64,000 nucleotides of DNA from a bacterium. GTDB lineage: Bacteria; Zhuqueibacterota; Zhuqueibacteria; Residuimicrobiales; Krinioviventaceae. The notes beneath the pieces were generated by a model that saw nothing but the letters and a program-made list of their open reading frames with translations, searched no databases and was not told where the DNA came from. The DNA lies in the NCBI GenBank assembly GCA_963674595.2, contig CAXXFV010000016.1:224001-288000 (forward strand). Reading direction: 5' to 3'. Shown here one piece after another: positions 10,001-18,690 of the stretch; position 1 is the stretch's first letter, and each line of letters opens with the position of its first letter. The position numbers and the translations under genes are program-made.

Positions 10001-11194
10001 TTATATAATACCAATTTGTTTTCCTGTTTTTTCAAAAATATCCAATACCTGGTCTAAAATATCGTCAGTGTGGGTGGCCATATAGCTGGTCCTTATTAAA
10101 CCCATCCCCGGAGGAACAGCCGGGCTGATAACCGGATTGGCAAATATCCCATTTTCATATAATAATCGCCAGAAAGCAAATGTCTTTTCATCCTCGCCTA
10201 TGATAATCGGAATGATGGGGGTCTGACTGTTTCCGGTATTAAATCCCAATTCTTTAAATCCATTTTTCATTTTATGATAATTTGACCATAGTTTTTCACG
10301 TCTCTCCGGCTCGGACTGTAAAATTTCAAGGGCTTTTATTACAGTCGCCACGGCAGCCGGTGGAGGGCTTGCAGAAAATATCAGTGCCCTTGAATTATGC
10401 TTTATATGATGAACAACATCTTCAGTTCCGGCAATAAACCCGCCTATAGAGGCAAATGATTTACTAAAAGTACCCATAATTAAATCGACTTTGTCATTTA
10501 AACCAAAATGTTCTGCCGTTCCCCGACCATTGTTTCCGAGGACACCGATAGAGTGAGCGTCATCTATCATCACACGTGCATTGTGTTTTTCAGCGACTTT
10601 GATTAATTCCGGCAGATCGACGATATCTCCGCCCATACTGAACACACCGTCACTGACGATGAGTATCCCGCCGCTTCCATTTTTATTTAATGTTATTACC
10701 TTGTCAAGATCTTCCATATTATTGTGATGGTATTTTAACGATTTTCCAAAACCTAATCGTGTTCCATCCACAATACTGGCGTGGTTTTCGTTGTCTCCGA
10801 CAACCAAATCTCTACGCCCGATAATAGTCGAAATTGTACCCTGATTTGTTTGAAAACCGGTCGAAAAAATTAAAGCAGCTTCTTTATTCATAAATTCTGC
10901 CAGTTTATCTTCCAGTTCTTCATGTAATGAAAGAGTTCCATTCAGAAACCTGGAACCCGTACAACCTGCCCCAAATTTATCAATCGCATCTTTTGCTGCT
11001 TTTATTACCCGTTTGTCCTGAGTAAGGCCCAAATAATTATTTGAGCCAATCATAATCATATTTTTTCCATCTATTCTAACTTTGGTATCAGCTCCGGATT
11101 GTATGGCCTTAAAATATGGATACCAACCATCCTCAATTGCCTTTGCAGCCCGTGCCGATGTCCCTGTTGAACACTTTGCGAATAAATCTACCAC
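10001..11194 (-). CDS. spt: PLP-dependent alpha-oxoamine synthase, probable serine palmitoyltransferase
   Basis: YPYFKAIQSG, GSNNYLGL, GSRFLNGT, NHASIVDG, DDAHSIG, GTFSKSFAS (PLP Lys); N-terminus resembles Bacteroidetes SPT more than BioF/Kbl. Confidence 0.72.
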   Translation of the reverse strand: MVDLFAKCSTGTSARAAKAIEDGWYPYFKAIQSGADTKVRIDGKNMIMIGSNNYLGLTQDKRVIKAAKDAIDKFGAGCTGSRFLNGTLSLHEELEDKLAEFMNKEAALIFSTGFQTNQGTISTIIGRRDLVVGDNENHASIVDGTRLGFGKSLKYHHNNMEDLDKVITLNKNGSGGILIVSDGVFSMGGDIVDLPELIKVAEKHNARVMIDDAHSIGVLGNNGRGTAEHFGLNDKVDLIMGTFSKSFASIGGFIAGTEDVVHHIKHNSRALIFSASPPPAAVATVIKALEILQSEPERREKLWSNYHKMKNGFKELGFNTGNSQTPIIPIIIGEDEKTFAFWRLLYENGIFANPVISPAVPPGMGLIRTSYMATHTDDILDQVLDIFEKTGKQIGII

Positions 11195-11468
11195 GTTAAT
11201 TCCTCCACCAAATCCACTAATACGCTAAAGGCTTGACATTTTAAATTAATAGATGTCAATTTCGTTAAATATAAATATTGTAGAGTATTTTGTCAAGTTT
11301 TAACTAATTATTGTTAAGGTTTGTTTTTATTTGGGTTGTGATTTTTGTGTCAAAATCAATTGCAGAGTGTTCAAATTTCTGAGCCTTTTATCAGTTTTTT
11401 GAAATATTTTATTTTCTATTTATTGTTTTTAACATTGAAAATATTGCATTTATATCGTTTTATGGCAA

Positions 11469-11484
11469 TGGTACGATTGTTGGT
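11469..11484 (+). promoter_or_regulatory. Possible sigma54 -24/-12 promoter (imperfect -12)
   Basis: TGGTACG-ATTG-TTGGT versus consensus TGGCACG-N4-TTGCW; two TCA-N6-TGA boxes at 11371-11382 and 11391-11402 upstream. Confidence 0.4.
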
Positions 11485-11542
11485 AATAAAAAACTATGTT
11501 TAACTCTGTTATTTTTAAAAAGCCTGATTTGGAGGTTTTATT

Positions 11543-14281
11543 ATGAAAAAATGTTTTTTTTATGGAATCTTTTTTTGTTTAATAAATACTAGTTTTGCAA
11601 TCGATATGATTGCCGATATTTCCAATCCGGTTGAAACTGAGTTCGGTATTTATCAACCCTTTCCGGTTTTAATTACACCGCAAATTATTGACCCCCAGCC
11701 TGGAGGAAATCTGGAGAATGTTGTAAATTTGGGAGATTTTGAATTTGATCCTAAAAGTTTACAGATGTTAAAAAGTAATCAGTTTGTAGTGACATCTGCA
11801 ACATATTCCAAACCCGGCAGTGAAGCCACAGGTTTTAAAGAGATGTTTGATGTATATAATGATTGCCGGGAAAACGGGATTCCTGCATTTGTAACAACCG
11901 ATGCCATGCTTCATACTTTCCACCTGTGTTTTGATTATATTTTAAAAACCTGTGAAGAAAAAAGATTTTGTTCATTGTTGAATACGCTTTTGGACTCTTT
12001 GCTGATTGAAACTCAGCGTCAATATTCCATCACAAATAACGATGTGATACGGTCTGCAATTATCAGCAATATGGATTATCTCATTGTTGCAAAAAAACTG
12101 TTGGACAGCACCTATGTAGAGCCTGTTAATGGCGGAAAGTACCTTGAAGAGCTTGAGCTTATCCGACAGGCAAATGGTTTTTCTTTATCCCCAATATTTG
12201 ATTATGATGAAGATTATTCTCAATATATTGTTCGCGGGCATTATACAGACAGCGAACAGCTTTCTGCTTATTTTAAATCAATGATGTGGCTGGGGAGGAT
12301 GACCTTTGCCTGTGTAGCGCCGGATGATGAAGCAAGCCGGCAAGCCACTCAACGGGCTATTTTACTGGTACAGGCATTAATGAATGTCAATATAAACGAT
12401 CGGACGGCACTGGAAATTTGGGATGAAATTTATCAGCCGACTGTGTTTTTTGTCGGAAAAAGTGATGATATAAATTTTTACCAGTACATTACAATTGCAC
12501 AGCAAGTCTATGGCGTCGAGTTTTCATCTCTTTATCCGGATGCTTTTGCAGATGATGACAATTTGACTGAATTTTTAAATCATACAAAAGAATTTCCTGT
12601 TGCGGCCATTACTTATCCGGGGCAGCCGATTAAAGGCTTTCGATTTATGGGACAGCGTTTTATTCCGGATTCCTGGGTGCTTGATGAACTTGTTATGACA
12701 AAAATACCGGGCCGTGCTATGCCAAAAGGATTGGATGTGATGATAGTGCTGGGTGATGAAAAAGCTTTTGATTATTTGCCACAGGAAGACAGGAACAATC
12801 CATTTTATACGGAAAAGCTTGATTCCCTTGTTAATATTTTTAAAAATTATGCACCTGAGATTTGGGCGCAAAATGTTTATTGGAACTGGCTTTATTCTCT
12901 CATGCCGATGCTGGCTTTAAAAGGAGAGGGCTATCCGTTTTATATGCGGACCGATGCCTGGGGCGACAAGGATTTGCTTGCTGCTTTAGCATCCTGGGCC
13001 GAGTTACGGCATGATACTATTTTATATGCAAAACAAAGTGGTTCAGAAACCAGTATGCCGCCGACAACAGGATTAGTTCAGGGATATGTCGAACCAAATC
13101 CGCATTTGTTTGGCCGGCTAGCCGCTTTGGCCAGTTTTTTACAAACAGGACTGCAAAATAAAGGTTTGTTGTTTGAAGAGTTTGAATTTTCTTTGAACAG
13201 TTTTTATGAAACAAGTAAGAGTTTAAAAACAATAGCTGAAAAAGAGTTAACAAATGAATCGCTGACAGCAGAAGAGTATAAACTCATTTTTGATTTTGGA
13301 AAAACGATTTATAGAATTATAGGATTTGAACAATATGCTGAAGGCCCCAGTAATTATGATGATGATATTGAACCCATGCCGGTCGTCGCGGATGTTCATA
13401 CGGATGGAAATAGCTTAACCGTATTGGAAGAAGGTGTCGGCTTTCCCTATGCCATTTATGTTATCTGTAATATTGAAGGCCGCCCTGTTTTAACAAAGGG
13501 TGCCGGGTATTCTTATTACGAATTTACCAAACCGCTTACTGAACGTATGACCGATGAAAAATGGCGGGAAACATTACAAACAGAGCCGCCGTCACCGCCG
13601 ACATGGTCTCAGTCTTTTTATGTAAATCAGGATTCATGGATCAACTCGAATCCGGAGTTTAGCTATGGTTATAAAAATGAAACAAAATATTTAACATGTG
13701 ATGTAACTCCGGAATCACCGGCCCAGGGCGACTCGGTTGAAATTAAAGTAGAACTGTTTGGATATAACCTGGAAGATGATGTTGCTATAAAACTGACATT
13801 TGAAAACGGTAGTGAAATGACAGTTGATAATTTAAACCATTCATCATATAATTTATGGACGGCCAAAATTCCGTCGACAAATTTTGTGCCCGGCCAGGTT
13901 TATATTGATGTAAATATTTCCGGTTCCGGTAATTCGCCGGATTATCGCACCAGTTTTATACTCAATAGCAGTTCTATTATTGTCGATAAATCCGTCTCAC
14001 CTGCGATATTTCAATTATACCAGAACTGGCCCAATCCTTTTAATTCGCAAACGAAAATTCAGTTTGATTTGAAAAAACAGTCATATATTTCTGTTGTCAT
14101 TTTTGATGTAAACGGGCGTCGTTTAAAAACCGTATATCAAGGCAACCAGGGACCGGGGCAATATTCGCTTGTATGGGACGGCAAAGATGAAAATGGATCT
14201 GTCGTTTGCAGCGGTGTTTATTATTATCGGTTAGAAACAGACTATTTTAATGACATAAAGAGTATGGTTCTTTTGAAATAG
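11543..14281 (+). CDS. DUF3160-domain secreted protein with T9SS/FlgD-like tail
   Basis: FVTTDAMLHTFH, EDYSQYIVRGHYT, YFKSMMWLGR, FMGQRFIPDS, SWAELRHDTILYAKQ, GYVEPNP, VADVHT, SYYEF; C-terminal QNWPNPFN. Confidence 0.9.
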   Translation: MKKCFFYGIFFCLINTSFAIDMIADISNPVETEFGIYQPFPVLITPQIIDPQPGGNLENVVNLGDFEFDPKSLQMLKSNQFVVTSATYSKPGSEATGFKEMFDVYNDCRENGIPAFVTTDAMLHTFHLCFDYILKTCEEKRFCSLLNTLLDSLLIETQRQYSITNNDVIRSAIISNMDYLIVAKKLLDSTYVEPVNGGKYLEELELIRQANGFSLSPIFDYDEDYSQYIVRGHYTDSEQLSAYFKSMMWLGRMTFACVAPDDEASRQATQRAILLVQALMNVNINDRTALEIWDEIYQPTVFFVGKSDDINFYQYITIAQQVYGVEFSSLYPDAFADDDNLTEFLNHTKEFPVAAITYPGQPIKGFRFMGQRFIPDSWVLDELVMTKIPGRAMPKGLDVMIVLGDEKAFDYLPQEDRNNPFYTEKLDSLVNIFKNYAPEIWAQNVYWNWLYSLMPMLALKGEGYPFYMRTDAWGDKDLLAALASWAELRHDTILYAKQSGSETSMPPTTGLVQGYVEPNPHLFGRLAALASFLQTGLQNKGLLFEEFEFSLNSFYETSKSLKTIAEKELTNESLTAEEYKLIFDFGKTIYRIIGFEQYAEGPSNYDDDIEPMPVVADVHTDGNSLTVLEEGVGFPYAIYVICNIEGRPVLTKGAGYSYYEFTKPLTERMTDEKWRETLQTEPPSPPTWSQSFYVNQDSWINSNPEFSYGYKNETKYLTCDVTPESPAQGDSVEIKVELFGYNLEDDVAIKLTFENGSEMTVDNLNHSSYNLWTAKIPSTNFVPGQVYIDVNISGSGNSPDYRTSFILNSSSIIVDKSVSPAIFQLYQNWPNPFNSQTKIQFDLKKQSYISVVIFDVNGRRLKTVYQGNQGPGQYSLVWDGKDENGSVVCSGVYYYRLETDYFNDIKSMVLLK

Positions 14282-14295
14282 GGATTGAGAATAAA

Positions 14296-14535
14296 ATGAT
14301 ACGACCAAAATTAGTCTGTTTTCTAATGATAGCAAGTGCGTTACCATTATATGCCCAACTCGTTTCTGTTAAAACGGTTCCGGTTGTAACAGGAGACCAG
14401 TTTGTATTGTATCCATCACAAAATATGGCAATGGGAAATGTCCGTTATATTAATCCGGCCTTAAAAACCGGTGATAAGACTTTTGAAAAATTACGTGTTT
14501 TTACAAATCAATTAACACTTTCAGTTTCGTTTTAG
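14296..14535 (+). pseudogene. Probable internally deleted outer-membrane protein relic (79 aa)
   Basis: Intact signal peptide and mature N-terminus joined almost directly to an amphipathic last strand ending in Phe (NQLTLSVSF). Confidence 0.5.
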
Positions 14536-14549
14536 TTTTGAGTAAAGAG

Positions 14550-15515
14550 ATGTTTAAAGTTATGAATATATTATTATTATACTGGGTGGTTGTTTTAATG
14601 TCCTGTTCCAGTCCTTTTGAGCAGGAGCCTGTTAATGCCGGGATTAATATTTATTTGTTGCAAGATCAACAAGATACATCAAATCTAAATAATGAACCGC
14701 TCGTTAACCTGAAATTAAATGAAAAACCCTGGATTGCTTCCAACAATATAGAAAGATATGATTGGTCTACGCATACCATATATTTAAAATCTGCTGTCCA
14801 GCTTCCTGATAATTATAATAATATTTTGGGAAAATATTTTGTTGTTACTGCAAACGGTGTTGCCTGTTATGTGGGGCAATTTTGGGGATACCATTTATCC
14901 TCAATTCCTCAAAATCCGGTGTATAATGTGCCCAGTGAACGTTCAGAAATTACTTGTTTGCCTATTGATCCATCAATTGGAACGCTTTTAGAGCTAGCCG
15001 TCATGGATCCCCGGTACGATGTTCGAGTTAAGCAAGCTCTTGTCTCTTCAGGATTATTTTTTGCCGGAATAGATTGTGTTTTGGATAGTGTATCTGTTTT
15101 TCAGCAATCTGCCAACAAAACAACGGTCTCATATTCATTTAGTATCATCAATCAAACAGATAAAGATATTTTTGTGTTTGATCCTTTGAAAATGGGAACG
15201 GACATTTTTCACTATTATACGAATGGTATTCAATTCAATGCAGGACGAGAATCTATTGTGCGGGGACGGACCGATTCCATAGATTTTTCTCCGGAAGCTT
15301 ATATTAGTATGGATTGGTTTGTTAAATTGGGGAACAAGGAAAAAATAACACGAACGGTTAATTTGTCCGGTTACCCGGAAATTCCGGAGGAGCAATATTC
15401 GTGTTATTTTTATTATGAAATGCCCTATAGATTATTAGATATGTTGAACGTTTCCGAAGGAATTTTATGGACCGGACGTATAAAATCATCTGTTTTGTCT
15501 GTTGCTGTTAAATGA
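14550..15515 (+). CDS. Hypothetical lipoprotein
   Basis: Hydrophobic stretch with lipobox-like LMSC; ~320-aa ORF in the operon; start codon uncertain. Confidence 0.7.
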   Translation: MFKVMNILLLYWVVVLMSCSSPFEQEPVNAGINIYLLQDQQDTSNLNNEPLVNLKLNEKPWIASNNIERYDWSTHTIYLKSAVQLPDNYNNILGKYFVVTANGVACYVGQFWGYHLSSIPQNPVYNVPSERSEITCLPIDPSIGTLLELAVMDPRYDVRVKQALVSSGLFFAGIDCVLDSVSVFQQSANKTTVSYSFSIINQTDKDIFVFDPLKMGTDIFHYYTNGIQFNAGRESIVRGRTDSIDFSPEAYISMDWFVKLGNKEKITRTVNLSGYPEIPEEQYSCYFYYEMPYRLLDMLNVSEGILWTGRIKSSVLSVAVK

Positions 15516-15572
15516 GGTTTAGTAATTATTAAAAAAGTGTATTTTTAGTTTGATTTTTAGAGAGGATTTGTT

Positions 15573-18500
15573 ATGAAACGATTTTTAAATTTCGTTTTTA
15601 TCTTTATGTTATTGTTTGTTGTATCAAATGTAATGGCAGCATCAGAAATTACACAATCACAAAAGCAGATAGCGAAATTTATAAAAGCCAAGCTGACGCT
15701 GCAATCCGGTGGAATGCTAAAAAGTGTGTATTCTACGACTCTACAGGAAAAAACGGAACAAACCGGCAGTATTTCCGGAACTATTTCCGGAGTGAGCTCC
15801 GACATGCCTTATGGAAATGTTTTTGTTGAGGCAATTTGTGCGGATTCTTTGCAAAATTTAGATGATCCGGCCAATCCAAAAGGCCTTGCCGTTGTTAATG
15901 AAGACGGTACATTTTTAATAGAAGGTCTTGCGGAGGGACATTATATTGTAGTTGCCTGGGCTGACGGATATGAGTTGCTTTATTATAATAACACAACCAA
16001 TAGGGGTGATGCTGAGCTTGTTTTTGTACGAGAGGGTGTTGAAACAAGCGGAATAGATTTTGATATGACACCTGTTGTTCCCGGCTCCGGCATTATTTCC
16101 GGACGTGTTGTCAACAATGCCGATCTTCATCCCATTGGCCATGCCTTTGTTCAGGTCTCTTCTCCAACGTTATTAGATAGATACGGTTGGGCCCAGGTCG
16201 ATCAGGATGGGTATTATGAAATTACCGGCCTGAAAAGCGGTGATTATCTGGCCGTTGCCCGTGCTGATGGATTTCTGGAACAGTATTATGACAATGCGGC
16301 TTCCAGGTCCGATGCTTTGCTTATTTCAGTGACTGATTCTCAACAGGTCGAAAACATTGATTTTTCCTTAAAGATGGGCGGCAGTATCAGCGGAACAGTA
16401 ATCGATTCAGAAGGGAATCCCGTTTTTGAGTCGGCCGTTTATGTTATGATGGCTTTTCAGGATTCCATTTTTAATGAAAACGGTGATTTAAAGCCAGGTG
16501 GTTATTATGATTATGCCAAAGCTGTTACAGATGAAAATGGCTACTATATAATTAGCGGTTTAGTTCCCGGTGAATATATAGTACGGGCCGCAATTTGGGA
16601 CAGATATGGATATGAAGAAAAATGGTATGATGATGTGTTAACATGGGAAGAGGCTACGCCGGTTTCTGTACAGGAAGAACAAAACGTCACTGGTATTGAC
16701 TTTACCATGTCTTTAAAAATTTCTAATGGCCTGATTTCGGGCCGGGTAATTAATGCTTACAGTAATCCGGTTGAGAATGCTAATATTCAGGTACGGTCTG
16801 TGTATACCGGGGATAATAGTCAACGTGTTTGGTCCTATGCAAAAACAGATTCACAGGGTTTTTATGCTGTTCGTGAATTGCCGGATGATGAATATTATGT
16901 TTCTGTTTATGCTCAGAACGGCTGGCAAAGCGTTCAACAATGGTGGCCCGGTGTTGATGATATGGCAAGTGCTACGCCTGTTTCTATTGTTAACGGAAGG
17001 ACGGAGCAGCCGATTGACTTTCAGCTCCCGATTGTTCCCGGAACGGCTATTTTGTCCGGTACCGTCCGAAAAATGGATGGAACGCCGATAAGCTCCGCTA
17101 ATATTCAGGTCAGTCCGGCAGAGGAAAAACAAACACCCGGATTAAATGTCTGGGCATGGGCATCTACAGACAGTAACGGCTTTTATCAGGTAAGTAAATT
17201 ACCGGCAGGTGATTATGTGGTAGCCGCCAGCAAGTGGGAAAGTGAGAATTTTGGTCAACAATGGTACGATCACGCCGACAGTCTTTCTTTGGCTACCGTT
17301 GTCACCCTGGGTGCCCGTGAGCATGAACCGAATATTAATTTTGATTTTGATCCACGGCCCATGTACGGATCGATAGCGGGTATGGTTTCTGACTCTTTAA
17401 CCGGTACGGCAATAGATCGAGCTTTTATTGAGGTTAAACCTGTTTACGCATCACGTTGGTATATGTATCCCGGGTTTGCGGCCTGGTCATTTTATGATAT
17501 TACCGACGAAAATGGACTGTTTTCCATAGATTACCTGTGGGAAGGTGAATATTATATTACGGTCCATGCAAACGGAAGTTTTGAATATTATAATGATGCT
17601 GTTGTTGAGAGTATGGCGCAGCCTGTAAAGGTGACAGGTGGTGAAAAAAGTGAAATAGATTTTTCTCTTGTAAAAAGAAATGACGGAACAGGGGCGATTA
17701 GTGGAAATGTATTGTCTGAATGGGATGATACACCTTTTGAAATCGCAATAGTAACAGCCAAACCTGCTGTAACAATCGCTCAATGGCCCTATTCGGAATT
17801 ATATTATACAGCCGTTACGGCTGTTGACGGCTCTTATAAACTTGAAGGCTTGCCGCCCGGTGAATATCTTGTAAAAGGGTCCAGTTATTTTGCCATTTCC
17901 GAGTATTATGACAATGTGTTCGATCCGGCTGAAGCCGAACTTGTTCAGGTTGCTGAAAACATTACAACGGAAAATATAAACTTTATGATTTCACCTGCCT
18001 ATTGGTTGTTCCTCGATTATGGCTATCCTGAAAAAAGTGAAACTATGATCAGCGGGAACATTTCTGATAGTGACGGAAATCCGTTACCACAAGCCAATGT
18101 GTATGTTTTTGATCAAGCCGGCCAAGCCATTTTCAGTTGTCAGGCAAATGCTCAGGGAAACTATCAGGTGAACGGTCTGCCGCCCGGAAACTATGTCCTT
18201 CAGGTGACAAAAGAAGGTTTTTCAAGTTTGTTTAACGGAAATGTCAGTGTATTGGAACAGGCCGTACCCATAGAACTGAATGGTATGGTAAACATAAATT
18301 TTACATTGCCGGAAATAGGTTCTACTCATGTTTCCGATGAAGATAAATCGTTGTTGCCGAAATCTGTAACACTGCTGGGTAACTATCCCAATCCTTTTAA
18401 TCCGGAAACAATGATAACTTTTTCTATCCCGGAAATGATGGATGTAACGTTAAAAGTCTACAATATTTCGGGTGAACTTGTTAAAGTGCTTGCTGACGGC

Positions 18501-18638
18501 CCAGTAAGTTCCGGTATGCACCGGGTTACCTGGGACGGCAGAAACAGTGCCGGGCAACCGGTTACCAGCGGACTTTATTTTTATCGATTATCAAGTCCAA
18601 AGGGTGTTTTTGTCGGAAAAATGGTGCTTGTGCATTGA
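15573..18638 (+). CDS. Secreted carboxypeptidase-regulatory-like/Cna-B repeat protein with T9SS/FlgD tail
   Basis: About 7 repeats of GxISGxV...TDxxGxYxIxGLxxGxYxV...QYYD...V...IDF; C-terminal GNYPNPFNPET...SGLYFYRL. Confidence 0.88.
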   Translation: MKRFLNFVFIFMLLFVVSNVMAASEITQSQKQIAKFIKAKLTLQSGGMLKSVYSTTLQEKTEQTGSISGTISGVSSDMPYGNVFVEAICADSLQNLDDPANPKGLAVVNEDGTFLIEGLAEGHYIVVAWADGYELLYYNNTTNRGDAELVFVREGVETSGIDFDMTPVVPGSGIISGRVVNNADLHPIGHAFVQVSSPTLLDRYGWAQVDQDGYYEITGLKSGDYLAVARADGFLEQYYDNAASRSDALLISVTDSQQVENIDFSLKMGGSISGTVIDSEGNPVFESAVYVMMAFQDSIFNENGDLKPGGYYDYAKAVTDENGYYIISGLVPGEYIVRAAIWDRYGYEEKWYDDVLTWEEATPVSVQEEQNVTGIDFTMSLKISNGLISGRVINAYSNPVENANIQVRSVYTGDNSQRVWSYAKTDSQGFYAVRELPDDEYYVSVYAQNGWQSVQQWWPGVDDMASATPVSIVNGRTEQPIDFQLPIVPGTAILSGTVRKMDGTPISSANIQVSPAEEKQTPGLNVWAWASTDSNGFYQVSKLPAGDYVVAASKWESENFGQQWYDHADSLSLATVVTLGAREHEPNINFDFDPRPMYGSIAGMVSDSLTGTAIDRAFIEVKPVYASRWYMYPGFAAWSFYDITDENGLFSIDYLWEGEYYITVHANGSFEYYNDAVVESMAQPVKVTGGEKSEIDFSLVKRNDGTGAISGNVLSEWDDTPFEIAIVTAKPAVTIAQWPYSELYYTAVTAVDGSYKLEGLPPGEYLVKGSSYFAISEYYDNVFDPAEAELVQVAENITTENINFMISPAYWLFLDYGYPEKSETMISGNISDSDGNPLPQANVYVFDQAGQAIFSCQANAQGNYQVNGLPPGNYVLQVTKEGFSSLFNGNVSVLEQAVPIELNGMVNINFTLPEIGSTHVSDEDKSLLPKSVTLLGNYPNPFNPETMITFSIPEMMDVTLKVYNISGELVKVLADGPVSSGMHRVTWDGRNSAGQPVTSGLYFYRLSSPKGVFVGKMVLVH

Positions 18639-18690
18639 TCCACATGATGTGTTAAATGAAATATTAAATTGAATCGTTAAAAAAAAGAGT

